From assembly GCF_009914755.1 (NCBI RefSeq), contig NC_060933.1: a stretch of 64,000 bases of DNA; one strand, written 5' to 3'. Below are positions 16,020-33,040 of the stretch, piece by piece (within the stretch, counting starts at the first letter, position 1; every line of letters starts with the position of its first letter). A program made the translations under genes and the position numbers. The notes beneath the pieces are model-generated. The model was not told the DNA's origin and made no database searches. It worked only from the letters and a program-made list of their open reading frames with translations. The DNA comes from the human T2T-CHM13v2.0 reference genome, Homo sapiens.

Positions 16020-19000
16020 ACACTCTCCCACCTCCAAGGTGCCTACTCACTATGTGTGAGAAGATGGGTGAGCACCGTCCACATCCTCCACCTGTGCGGA
16101 TCCTCAGGAGGTGCTCATGGCCACTTTCTGGAATGGCCTGAGTGAGGCTGAGCCATACAGCTGCACAGGATATTCTGGCTTTTGCTGACGTGGTCTCTTG
16201 TCCACGCTGGGTCCTTGGCAGGGCTTGGGCCCTAGGCTGGCAAGGCTGCTTCCCTTCTCTGCTGGGCCTCTCTGAACCTGGCAGAGCCACCAGAACCTGG
16301 GCACAGCTGGGGTCCCTCCTGTGTGCACCCCTCTGGAGCCAAGCCCTTCCACAAAAGTCCCAGCTGCTGCTGGCAGGGTGGAGGGACATCTGGGCCACAC
16401 AAGCCTTGGTGCCTCTGCCAGTGCCAGAAACCAGGCATCACCCCACAGCCAATGTAGGCCTGGTTGGCAGGGAACATGGCCTGCTGGGAGCTCGTGCCTC
16501 TGGGCCTCTCCAGCCTCATCCCTGCCCACCCTGCCCCCACCCCCATGCCATCCTCTGTCTTGGATCCTTTGCTCCAGCTGTTCCCTCTGCTGGAACACCT
16601 TTCCTGCCCGGCCTCCTTTCCCCCAATCTGGACGCCTTCCTCACCCTGGAAAGGCCCTTCTTCCCTCTCCCATTGCACTATGCCACTTGGACATGGACCC
16701 TGTCACTTGGCTGTGTACCCCTTGGTTGGCTTGCCCATCTGTTCTACGAGGGTATGGTCCTCGAGGGCAGGAACTGTCCCACTCTTGGGACTGAGCCCTG
16801 GCTTGGCCATGCATGGCGTGAGTGGAATGAATGAATGGACGCCCGCTCTGCTTGGGAGACTGCACCTGTCCATTAAGCACCTGCTCCAGGCCAGGCCCGT
16901 CACCACCCCCACCCCCCACTGTGCTCGGGCTCCTTTTGGGCCACCATGAGCTCATGAGGTCATCGCATAGGCTCATAAAGTTGTTGTTATTGTCGTTGCT
17001 ATTTTTCATCCCTGTCTTAGCCTGGTTGCCCTGAAAACAGAGCCTGTGATGAAGACTCAGGTGCAAAAGGGAAGGGCTCCGAGGGGGCTGTGTGAGGGGG
17101 TGGGAGAGTGAGGCTGAGCAGGAGAAGCCCATGTTAGGGTGTCATGGGGCTGGTCACCACTGTGGGCAGGGTGGCCTCCATCCCTACTGGGCCCCTCCAA
17201 GGGGTATATGGAAAGCAGCCCTCATCCCTCCAGCGTCCCAGCCCTCGTTGGTAGAGGTTGCCCTGGGCAACCCCGAAGTGCAGGCCTTTGGTGAGGACTC
17301 CCATTGGTGCCCCTCACCACTGTGTTGTCAGGGGGTGGGTAGGGGATGCAGAAAGTGAACTGAAGGACACACAGTGGGTGCAGGGGGCCACGCGCCTGCT
17401 GGGGTCTGTCCCCTTCCTGGAGCTTGCCTGGACGCAGTGATGAAGCTGCAGGCATGTGACACATTTGCTTCAGCTCCCATTCTACAGACAAGTCAACTGA
17501 GGCCCAAAGGTGAGGTCATTGGAATAGTGCCTACAGTCACTTTAAGGATGCAAAAGTGCTTTGAAGACTGTCAACTTCATTCTTTCATCCTTTCAAACCA
17601 CATCCTGTTGCTGCAGGTGGGGCACGTGAGAAGCTCACATCCCTGCCCCAGCAGCTTAGGTCCTGGGGGTGGGACTGTGGGTGCTCACGATCCTCAAAGC
17701 TGCAGTGCCCAAGGTTAGGGAGCCACTGCTGCTGCGGGGCGGGGTCAGGCAGAGCCAGGCTGTGTCCTGGAGCCATCGGCCCCGTTGCAGGTGCTGCTCT
17801 GACTCTTCAAGTCTGTCCTCTCCCATGAGACGGGTGAGTGACAAGGCTCACCTTACACGGCAGTCTAGGGGGACTCAGTGGGTCTTTGCTGAGATAAGTG
17901 TGCAGTTGGGAGTTCTTGGAGCTGGGCAGCCCTGGGGCTGCAGGGACAGGCTCTGGGGTGGGTGGGGAGGATGCTGGGTGGGCGAGCAGACTCTGGGGGA
18001 GGGCAGACCCCGTGCCAAGGACTTTTTGCACCTTTTCCTATTTCACCCTCCCAGTTGCCCTGTGAGGCACACACGTGATCATCCCATTTTACAGATGCAA
18101 AGGAAAAGTGGCTGCGAGGGCCAGCTGCTTGTTCAAGATCATGCAGCCAGCAGTGGCAGAGCTGGGGACAGAGCCACGGCTGCTTACCACGAGACCACGG
18201 GCCTCATAGTGGAGGCCTCAGTCCCCAGCACAGTTCCTGAGACACAGGGCTTTGGAATGACATGGTGTGTTCCTGGGGGCTAGGGGTCCTGGGAACACGG
18301 GGCAGCCGGGGGTCCTACCCAAAGCCAAGCCTGTGTGTGGTAGGGGCTGCTTTCATTCTCTTTCCCTCCCCTCAACCTCCCCCCTGCCCCCGGCCCCTCC
18401 CCACAATCATTTTTTCTGCTTGCCCTGCAAGGATGTAGCCCAGCGGCTGTTTTCAGCTCTGGAAGTACCGTGCCTATAGACAGCGCTTGGCCAGGGCCTG
18501 GTTCTGGGGCCCCTCCCAGCCCTCTCCCCTTCAGATATTGAGGTTCCTCTTCCAAACGCTGGAGGAGTCCAGGGGCTTGCTGCCGGGCCAGGCCTGATTC
18601 TAGCCCACCTCCCTCATCTCCAGTCCTCACCTCCATCCCTGCCCAGGTAGTGAAATTTTAAACAGGCACATTCCTTCTGCCCAATTTTCATTAATTGGAT
18701 CTAAAAGGGTTTCTATTTTCTCCCTGAACGCTGATTGATCCTGCCGAGGTAAACAGCACCGCCAAAAACAGGGAGGGGGGTGCTGCCGAGGGAGGGAGAC
18801 GGGATAACTAATGTTACTTGACATTTACTCAGAGAGAGGAAGGGAGGAAGGGAGGGAGGGAGGTGAGTCACACGCCAGAGCCTCAGCCCCCAGATTCTGC
18901 AGAAATGAACAGCCATGAGGCAGGCGGGAGCGAGAGGGCTCCGAGAAGCTTCAGTTCCCCCAATTTTGCAGGCTTCAGGGACCCCTGGGGGTTCTCCACT

Positions 19001-19723
19001 CCTGGGAGGAGAGGGTCTCTGCGTCCTTAAATGGCTGTGCATTTAGCTCTGAAGGTGGGACCCCTGAGGACGCAGGCAGGCTGAGCTGATGGCTTTTCTG
19101 TTTGTGACACGAGAGATTCGAGTATATGTGAATGTATCTCTCCCTGGGGGAGCTCTTTGCAGGTGGGGGGTGGTGGAGGTGGCAGGGAGGGTTGGTGCTT
19201 GGTTTCTCCCCCTGCCAGAAAAACCCAAAAGCTCTACCCAGCAATCTTTGTCCCTGGCTGCCTCAGTTTCCCAACTTGGTGCTCTACCCACTAGAGTTTA
19301 TAGGAGGCATAACTGTGGTTTGGGAACCTCGGATCAAGGGGAAGATGACAGGTAACCAGGGCTTGCTCTCTGTACTGGGATGGAAAAGCTCTGGCCCCAC
19401 CATTACCACCTGTGACAATGGCCTACTATGTGCAGGGAAGTCATCTCTTCAATTGTTCAACAAGTGTTTGCTGAGCAGCTGCTAGGAGCCAAGCTCTCTG
19501 CTGGTTGCTGGAGCTCCAGGAGGGAAGAGCCTGCCTGGCTCCCACCTCCCTGCCTGGCCTCTGTTCTTTCCCATCCCTCCCTTCCCTCCCTGTTCCCTGG
19601 AGCTGTGAGTGCCACCCCCGGCAGGCCTGCCACCCTGTGAGATCTTCCTCCTTTGACCCCTGCCCTTAAGAGCTGGCTGTGTTACCTCCTCTTCTGGGAA
19701 CCTGCTGGTCTCTTTGCCCCTAG

Positions 19724-20480
<757 letters not shown>

Positions 20481-20578
20481 CTTTCCCCAGAGAGCATTAT
20501 TTTGTTTGTTTGTTTCTATCACATATTCCAATGTACTGTCTGGACCCACCTTAACCCAAGCCTGAGTTTCCCTGAGCT

Positions 20579-21580
20579 TATAATATATATAATAATATAT
20601 TATATATTATATATAATAATATATTATATATTATATATAATAATATATTATATATTATATATAATAATATATTATATATTCTATATAATAATATATTATA
20701 TAGAATATATAATATATTATTATATATAATATATAATATATAATATATAATATATTATTATATATTATATATAATAAATAATATATAATAATATATAATA
20801 TATAATAATATATTATATAATTGTAATATATATAATATATAATATAAAAAATAATATATAAATATATAAAATATATAATATATATTATATATAAATATAT
20901 AAAATATATAATATATATTATATATAAATATATAAAATATATATAATATATATTATATATAAATATATAAAATATATAATATATATTATATATAAATATA
21001 TAAAATATATAATATATATTATATATAAATATATAAAATATATAATATATATTATATATAAATATATAAAATATATAATATATATTATATATAAATATAT
21101 AAAATATATAATATATAAAAAAATATACAATATATAATATATAAATATATAATATATAATATATAAAAATATATAATATATAATATATAATATATAAAAA
21201 AATATACAATATATAATATATAAATATATAATATATAATATATAAAAATATATAATATATAATATATAAAAAAATATACAATATATAATATATAAATATA
21301 TAATATATAATATATAAAAATATATAATATATAATATATAATATATAAAAATATATACAATATATAATATATAAATATATAATATATAATATATAAAAAT
21401 ATATAATATATAATATATAATATATAAAAATATATAATATATAATATATAATATATAAAAATATATAATATATAATATATAATATATAAAAATATATATA
21501 GCATATAAAAATATATTATACATTATATATAAAAATATATTATATATAATATATTATATATATTATATATATATATATAA
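20579..21580. repeat. 1 kb AT-only minisatellite / (TA)n-rich array
   Basis: almost no G/C over ~1000 bp; abuts an Alu poly-T tail. Confidence 0.98.
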
Positions 21581-22061
<481 letters not shown>

Positions 22062-22239
22062 TGAAAAAAATATGTATTAGATTGAGATATTTCAACTTTT
22101 AAAGTTATCTTCAGCTACAATGCTGGTCACAATAACCTAGTCCACCATGACCAGAAGTCTGACTTACTTTTCTAAACAGGAAGTATGGCCACAATTCTCC
22201 CCCGCTGAGAAGCCTTGAGGGGTGCCTGCTGTCCTCCAG

Positions 22240-22680
22240 TAAAGACCCCACTCTTGACTGGGTCTCCCAAGGTCCTGGAGGATCTGGGCCTGGCCACCAC
22301 CTCCTGCAAGCTCACCTCTCGGCTCCCCTCCCTGGTGTAGTCTGCTTCCATGACACTGAGCTGCTCTGGTCCCTGAAGGCCACTCACCTCTGTAGGTAGA
22401 CAGGCGCTATTTGGTTCTTTCAGATTGAGGCACTTTTCCCTACCTCTTGGTCTGCTAAGTCCTCTTTGCCTTCTAGGTCTCCTGTTAGATACCACCTCCT
22501 CCAGGAAGCCTGCCCTGATTGCCCCACCCCAAAAACCCCTTGTGAGGTCATGTGTCTCTTCTGGGCTCCCACAGTTCCCCATACATCCTCCACTACAGCA
22601 CTGACCACATTGGACTGTAATTACCTGCTTCTGTTAGACTGTGGGCTCAGCCAGTATTTGTTGAATAAATGAATGAATGG
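22240..22680 (+). mobile_element. L2 3' end
   Basis: CACCTCCTCCAGGAAGCCTGCCCTGA..TATTTGTTGAATAAATGAATGAATG. Confidence 0.75.
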
Positions 22681-25104
22681 GTGGACAGATGGGTGGTTGG
22701 CTTCTCATTCTTCCCTGACATTGTTCACCACCTGAACTAGCAGTGCCTGATGAGAAGTCCTGTCCTTCTCTCATCCCCCTCCACCTCCCCGCCCAGTCCT
22801 TCGCACAGAGTGGCTCAAAGCCCCTTCTAGCACACACTTCCCTGACCCCTAAATCAAGAACTGGGGGCTGTAGGTCCCAGGAAGAGGAAAATATACAAGA
22901 CAAGGCAGAGTCTTAATTCAAATACTCGGGAGCTCCATTTCCTGCAAAATTCACACTTGTACACACAAATTCCAAAACCGCCTGGCAAAAGAAGGCAAGA
23001 TGGGAGGTGTCCAGGACAGTGATGATGTCCAAAAGGGCTGTGTCTCTGACTTGGGCTAGGATCCCTCACTGTGGGCCTGTGCCTCAGTCTACCCATCTGG
23101 AAGGCAGGGGAAACCATGTGATCTCCCTGACAGCACTGATGGGGTGGGGCAGATGGGGCATTCTCACCAGCTTTTACTGACTGCTTTCCCTAGCATATGT
23201 CCCCCCGCCCACGTTCCAACCCCTCTGCCTTTGGTGACGCTGTGCCCCTCTCCAGAAAACCCTTTCCCTCCCCTCACAAGTCACAGCCACCTCCTCCTTC
23301 AAGACCAAGCTCTGCCTCCCCTGTACAATGGGTGCTGACCGCCCTGGCCCATGCAGGCCCTGGCCAGCATCACCCTCCACAGGATTTGTGGTTTGGAGCC
23401 TTGATTGAGCACCACCTGTATGAAGGGCCTGAGCTGCGTACACAGCATTGAGTGAGACCTGCAGGGCCCCAGTTCTCCTGTTCTTGGGGTGTGTCCCAGA
23501 CTCACCAGGGAAGGGGAGGGTTCTCACAAGGGCTGATGGCTCAGCTGGCCTCTTGGCAGTTCCCACCTCCCCTGATCCCTGGCTGTCACTCAGAGCTGGC
23601 TGGTGGGACTCAGAGGGTAGGGGAGGTGGCAGAGGAGCAGGTTTTCTTACTAACATTTGCAGGAGTGATGATAACATCCCCAAATATTGTAAGGTGCCTT
23701 AATATATATCAAATGTTTCCCCTATACCTGGTCACAATTACGGAAGACAAGGTGGGGCTGGGGGCTGGTTATTTTACAGATGAGGAGACCCGAGACCAGA
23801 GAGGGACCGTGACTGCCCAAGGTCACATAGATCTTTGGCCTAACTTGACACAGCATTCATTCACAGCCTGAGCACCGCTCTACGGAGCTCCTGGACAGAT
23901 CTGCGTGTCCCCTCCTGGGAGTCCCATCCACTGGAGCCGCAGAGTGGGGGCAACACTGGACCCTGCATGCTGGTTGGGAGGGGAACTGGAAGAGTGGGCT
24001 TCATTCCACGTATAGGGGGAGCCCCAAAGAGTCTGTAGCCAAGGAAGTGACAGGGTCTGATTTGCTTTTAGAGGATCTCTGAGGCTACTGGGAGGAGAAG
24101 GCGTGGAGCTGGGTGAGAATGGAGGCAGGGAGGCCTAGGAGGGGCTGGCGGTGATGAGGCTGGGGTTGAGGAGGAGGCCGCAGGAAGGGAGACAAAGGGA
24201 GGCATTTGGAAAGCATCCAGAAGTCGCGTGGCTGGGACCTGATAACAGGTGTGAGCCAGGGGCTGAGAGGCAGGGAGGACTTAAGGTATGCAAGGACAGC
24301 TGAGGGAGGATGGGTGTCATTCGCAGATTGGAGGAGCCCTGGAGGAGGAGCCAGTCTGGCTGGGGTGCAGGAGGGCAGGGTGACAAAGATCCAGTTTTGG
24401 CCAAGGTGCCTTTGGGTCATGAGTGGGGACATGCAGTGTCTGTGAGGGTGGCTGGGATTTCGGGGCAGCCATGATCCAGTCGAAGCCCTTCCCCAGCCCC
24501 TGGCCTCCAGCAAAATCAGGACTTGGGGCCTGTTCCTTGGGGCCTCGGGAACACGCAGATCTCATTCCCCGCCCCAGTTTCTCTGGAAGGAAAACACCCA
24601 GGGCCTCGGTGGAACCGGCATTAATTTCCCCTGTTCGGCTCATCATTCCATCATCACGAGAGAGCCAAACAGATGACCATTTCGTCATTGCATATGCCCA
24701 TGCGGGGCTTCCGTAATCTGATCACTTAATCACATGCTTATTCCATGAGGACGGAGGCACGGGCAAGCTCTGGGGCCCACTCCTTGGGCAGCGCATTTTG
24801 GACCAAGTCCCTTAGCGTTCCTGGCTGCCTCTGTTTCTCTGCCTGCCTTGGGAATCCAGACAGCCTCATGACAAGAGGAGATGAGGCAGTGGTTGCGGAA
24901 GAGCCTGGTCTCTCAGCCACAGCAGCCACGAGGTGCTGGCAAGCTCTCTGCAGCCTGTGCTGCTGGGAGGTAGAGGCTTCGGCAGCTTGTCCTCCTTGTG
25001 GCCTAACACACGCTGCCCGTCTCCCCACTTGCATGGAAGCCCCAGGAGGACACGCAGTTTGTCTCTTTGGTTCATCAGTGCCTGGGACAGTGCCTGGCAC
25101 ATGA

Positions 25105-25458
<354 letters not shown>

Positions 25459-25838
25459 TAAATCCAGTGCTGGGACCTTCTGTTTCTTTCTATGTAGGAC
25501 CCTAGGGCTGTGAACAGCTGCTGACCACCCGCCTTTCCATAAAACAGGGCTAATGACAAGAAGGACTTCCAGGAAGGACTGTTGTGCGGATGAAATGTGA
25601 TCATCCACGTGGCACCCCCAGCATGGACCTGGCACACCGCAAGTGCTCACTGCTGTCTGCCATTGCTATGATGTGGAGGTTTACTCCCCTATCTAAATTT
25701 CAGTGAGGCTTCAGGCTGACCATGTCAGAGCTGAGCCTCAGTTCCCCTTTATAAGACGAGATGTGATGTGGCCCCCACCAGGCGTTGGAGGGATTCTGGA
25801 AGACACACAGAAGCCCATTAGCAAATGCCTGGATGTGA

Positions 25839-26807
<969 letters not shown>

Positions 26808-26959
26808 TCAACCATTACTCTAGACAGAGACCTGGCGGCTGTGACTGCTTCCTCTTCTTTCCTCACTTCCTACATCGAAACCAGGACCCACTGGCTCTGT
26901 CCACATCAGTCCACGTGCCTCTCCATGCCCGTGGCCCCCATGCAGGCTGGTTCTTCACC

Positions 26960-27512
26960 ATCTCCCTGATGGAAGACTCCACACGGCAGCTGAGCAATGC
27001 CCCTGCTCAAACGCCAAGGCCCTGACTCATCCTCCTGCTTCCACCCTGGGTCCCCGGCATGCACGATTGGGCCTGCTCCCTCTTGGCCTCATCTCCCCCG
27101 ACCCGCACCCCGGCTCCCTGAACTCCAGCCGTACCAGCCTTTGGGCTAGCTCCCAACTCAGGGTTCCATGCTGGTTGTTCCTCCACCGGGGATGCTTCTC
27201 TGCATACTCTGTATAGCTGGCTCCTTCTCAACCTTCAGTTCTCTGTTGAAATGTTCCCTCCTTAGAGGGTACCTCTCCAATCAACCTATTTAAAGGAGAT
27301 CCCTTCTGTTACATTTTTCTTCCTGTATTTTCATCTGCAGCGATTCTTGCCACTGGTAACCCTCCTTTCCTGCCCTCCTCTGTCTTGTCTTGTTCAGGAA
27401 CTGCCTCTCTACTGGGGAGCATCTTCCAGAGAGGCAGGGGCCTGGGACATCTTTGCCATTTGAGGAATCTTTCTTTGCACAGGCCAGGCACTGAGTAGCT
27501 GCTCAATGGATA
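26960..27512 (+). mobile_element. L2 3' region
   Basis: GCTGGCTCCTTCTCA..AAATGTTCCCTCCT..CCAGGCACTGAGTAGCTGCTCAAT. Confidence 0.65.
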
Positions 27513-27822
<310 letters not shown>

Positions 27823-28581
27823 AATATTTTTTAGATAAAGTAACGTATTCATCTGTAAGTAGTGATAGCCCAAAGCTGCGTGGGGTTGTTCTGAGCTTTC
27901 CGTGGATGATGCCTGAGGCCACTCCACACGTAGCTTCTGGCACAGAGCAGGTGCTTACAGACAGTGGCTCGGGTCACCCCCGGGATGGGAATGGATGGGG
28001 TGCAGGGGCCTGGGTCCCGGTCCCTACCATGCCTGGCACAGCTGCACAGGAAATCTGCTGAATGCTTGAATGAGAAATTTATAGGACGGAGAAATGGGGG
28101 TTAGTCATTGTCCTCCGCTATTGTTTTTGTTGCCTAGGAACCCCCCACCCCCACCCTTAGAGGTGAGTGACTTTGTGGAGTGAGGAACAAGGAGTGAGTG
28201 ACCCAGAAAGTAGAACAGGCGCCCCGGGAAGGCAGAGGGACAGAGGGAGGCGCGGGAGGGCTCTATCTGTGGGATCCAGAGCTGGAGGAGGTGCCGGCTT
28301 CCTGGTTGGGTGGAATTCAGATTCACAAAGATTCCCCTGGTATCCGCAACTTACAGAAGGAGTTTAAGATAAGGAAATGTGAACTTCTGCACATAGCTCC
28401 AAACATCAGCCGAAGGATGGGGGAGATGGAACCTAACGGCAGCTTGGCTGGAAACTCCAGGGGACTTGGATTGGCTCCGGCTTCGTATGGGTCTCCAGGG
28501 GTCCCCACATGACCCCTGAGCCTGTAAGAGCTGCCCGGTACAGGATCTCTGGGGGTGCTTGGGATCTGAACTGTAGATCCT

Positions 28582-28736
28582 TTTCAAAAAAAATTTAAAA
28601 TTTTAATTAAAAAAAAAAATAGAGACCGTGTCTCACTGTGTTGCCCAGGCTGGTCTCGAACCCCTGGGTCCAAGCGATCTTCCCGTCTTGGCCTCTGAAA
28701 GAACTGGGATTACAGGCATGAGCCGCCTCACCCGGC
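28582..28736 (-). mobile_element. FLAM monomer
   Basis: left arm only; perfect TSD CTGAACTGTAGATCC. Confidence 0.9.
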
Positions 28737-28944
28737 CTGAACTGTAGATCCCTAGAGCCTGATATAATGTTTCAGTCACCAATGCAGATTCTGCTTCACT
28801 GAGATCCTGACCCTTGTCCTCCTGTCCTGGGCCCCTCTAGGGGAACAGGGTGGGAATGCTTTGGGACGTCCACCTGGGCTCCATCTTCCTCATCCCAGGG
28901 TGAAACTACTTGAACTTTCCAAGTGGGTCAGGGTTTGGAGAGAA

Positions 28945-29130
28945 GGGTGTAGCCCAGCAGGAAGGAGAAATGACCCTGGTTCAAATCCCATCTCCACCAC
29001 TTCCTAGCTGTTGAACCTTAGACAAATAGCTCAACTTCTCTGGGTCTCAGTTTTCTCTTCTGTAAAATGGGGATAATGATTGTTTCTCCCTAACGTCATG
29101 GTGGGGATTCCATGAGGCAACATCTCTGGA
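28945..29130 (+). mobile_element. MIR SINE
   Basis: GGTTCAAATCCCA..CACTTCCTAGCTG..CTCAGTTTTCTCTTCTGTAAAATGGGGATAAT. Confidence 0.85.
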
Positions 29131-30017
29131 GTGTGTGGCATGACTCTCGGCCTCTGGAGCCGCATTTGGGCCCTGGGATGCCTTCTGAGCTGACAAAGTT
29201 CTTGCCCTGGAGGAGGCATGGGGGGCTTCCTGTTTTAAGCTGGGTCCCACATGGTGAGGGATGCAGCAATCACAGGCACTCAGGAGTGCCACCATCACAC
29301 CAGCAGCAGCCGTGTAAATGGTGGCAAGAGTGACAGTGACGATAAGACAATGAGAACCAGCCTTGACAGAGTGCCCAGACCCTGCCTCACGCTGCGCTGA
29401 GCACCTTCCAAGGCTCATCCACATCACCCTCACCGAGGGCCTGGGAGGCGGATTTTGTCACTCTTCCTGTTTCACAGACAGAAAAGTCACACTCAGGGAG
29501 CTGAAATGACTTCCCCAAGGGCACCCTGTTGGGACCCAGTGGTGGCGGCTCCAACCCAGAAGTCCGGCTCGCAAGTCTGTGCCCTCAACCTCCTACCGGG
29601 CTGCCTGCTTTTTGTCCACCCTGTTCCTCCTACCTGAGCTAATGTCAACTGTTCTTCCTTCCTTTTTCATGGGCATTCTGCCTCAGAGAGGGATGGAAGT
29701 GAGGGTGTGGGTAGTAAGCTGCAGGAAACTGACATGGGTGGGACCCTCTGTGACACTGGGCTCCCCCTATTGGTTCTGCCTGATTGAGGGCCTTCTAAGG
29801 CTTTAGGGGTTAATGGGGACAAGACTGACTAGCAGTGGGGCTTGGTATTCCCTGCTGAACTGACTCATCTCAAATCACCCAGACCCTTCAAGTCCAACTC
29901 AAGTTTTGATGTTTCTGTGAACTTCATCCCTGCAGGCCTCCCTGACGAGGCCACCCCTCTTATCTTCCCTATCCTAGGGCTAAGAAAAGAGTCGGGGCTT
30001 TGGAGTCTGTGGGGTCT

Positions 30018-30414
30018 TGATATGGTTTGGCTGTGTCCCCACCAAAATCTCATCTTGAATTGTAGCTCCCATAGTCCCCACGTGTCATGGGAGGGACCCA
30101 TTGGGAGGTATTTGAATCATGAGGGTGGGTTTTTCCTACGCTGTTCTCATGATAGTGAATAAGTCTCACGAGGGCTGATGGTTTTATAAAGGGCAGTTCT
30201 CCTGCACAAGCTCTCTTGCCTGCCGCCATGTAAGACATGCCTTTGCTCCTTTGCCTTCTGCCATGATTGTGAGGTCTCCCCAGCCATGTGGAACTGTGAG
30301 TCCATTAAACCTCTTTTTCTTTATAATTTTTTTCCTTATAAACTTCTTTTTCTTTATAAATTCTACCCAGTCTCGGGTATGTCTTTATTAGCAGTGTGGA
30401 AATGGACTAATACA
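30018..30414 (+). mobile_element. THE1 (B/C/D) solo LTR
   Basis: TGATATGGTTTGGCTGTGTCCCCACC...GGACTAATACA; perfect 5-bp TSD GGTCT; TATAAA and ATTAAA present. Confidence 0.95.
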
Positions 30415-30928
30415 GGTCTGGATTAAAACTCTGCCCATGTGCATCTATTAAAAAACCCACAGTTAATATTATACTTAATGGTGAATGACTGAAAACTTTC
30501 CCCTTAAGATCAGGAACAAAACAGGGATGCCCACTCTTGCCACTTCTGTCCAACAATGTACCAAAGGTTCTAGCTAGGACAGTTTGGCAAGAAAAATAAA
30601 TAAAAGTTGTCAAGATTAGGAAGAAAAAAGTAAAATGATCTCTATTCACAGATAACATGATCTTGTATATAGAAAATCATAAGGAATACACACACACGCA
30701 CACACACACACACAAATGAGAACTAATTAATATATTTTGCAATGTTACAGGATACAAGATCAATATATAAAAATGGATTATATTTCTATACACTAGCAAT
30801 GAATACTCCAAAAATGAAATTAAGAAAACAACTCAATTTGCATCAGCATCAAAAACAACAAAGTACTCAGGAATAAATTTAACAAAAGAAGTGTAAGATT
30901 TGTATGCAACGGTGTTGAGAGAAATTTA

Positions 30929-31239
<311 letters not shown>

Positions 31240-31778
31240 GAAATTAAAAGAAGACCTAATTAAATAGAAAGACACCCTGTGTTCATGGATTAGAAGACTT
31301 AATATCACTAAAATGGCAATACCAACCAAACTGATTTACAGATTCAATTCAATCCCTATCAAAATTCCAGTTGGCTTTTTGCAGAAATTGACAAGCTGGT
31401 CCTAAAATTTACATGGAAATGCAAGAGACCCAGAATAGCCAGACAATCTTGAAAAAGAACAAAATTGGAGAACTCACACTTTCTCGTTTCAAAACTTACT
31501 ACACAGCTATAGTAATGAGACTGTGTGGTGCTGGCGTAAGAATAGCCTATAGATCAATGGGATAGAACTGGGAGTCCAGAAACAGACCTGTACATTTATG
31601 TTTATGTTCAATTGATTCTTGACAAGGGTGCCAAGACCATTCAATGGGGGGAAAGAACAGATTTTTCTATTCTTTGGACAATTGTATATCCAGATCAAAA
31701 GAAGGAAACTGAATCCTGACCTCACACCATATACAGAACTTAACTCAAAATGGGTCACAGACTTAAATGTAAGAGCTA

Positions 31779-32117
<339 letters not shown>

Positions 32118-32740
32118 TTATATTTATTTATATACATTTGAGTAAATTTTTATGACTTTGGATTAGGCATATGACACCAAAAGCACATGGACAAAACATA
32201 AATAGAAAAATTGACTTCATCAAATTTGAAAATGTCTGTATTTCAAAAGACACCAAGAAAGTGAAAAGATAAACCACGGAATGGGGAGAAAATTTTGCAA
32301 ATCACATATCTGACAAGGGACTTATATCTGGAATACATAAGGAACTCTTACAACTCACTAATAGAAGACAATCCAATTTAAAAATGGGCAAAGGATTTGA
32401 ATACACATTCCTCCAAAGGAGACATACAAATTTCAATAAGCACATGAACATCAACACCATTAGTCATGAGGGAAACGCAGCTCAAAACCACAATGAGATG
32501 CCACTTCACCTTTATGGGATGGTGGACAAAAACAAGTGTTGATGAGGATGTGGAGAAACGGGAACCCTCAAGCATTGCTGGTAGGATTGTAAAATGGTGC
32601 AGTTACTTTGAAAAACAGCTTGGCAGTTCCCCAGAATGTTAAATATGGAGTTGCTATGACCCAGCAATTCTACTCCTAGGTATATACCCAAGAGAACTGA
32701 AAACATATAGTCACACAAACACTTATGCACATTATAAGCA

Positions 32741-33040
<300 letters not shown>

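Noticed and set aside
20502-21523. Overlapping 75-208 aa Y/I-rich ORFs
   Set aside because: Translation artefacts of the AT-only array; low complexity.
25076-25095. RE1/NRSE-like TCAGTGCCTGGGACAGTGCC
   Set aside because: L2-derived and mutated in the critical CAC core of the left half-site.
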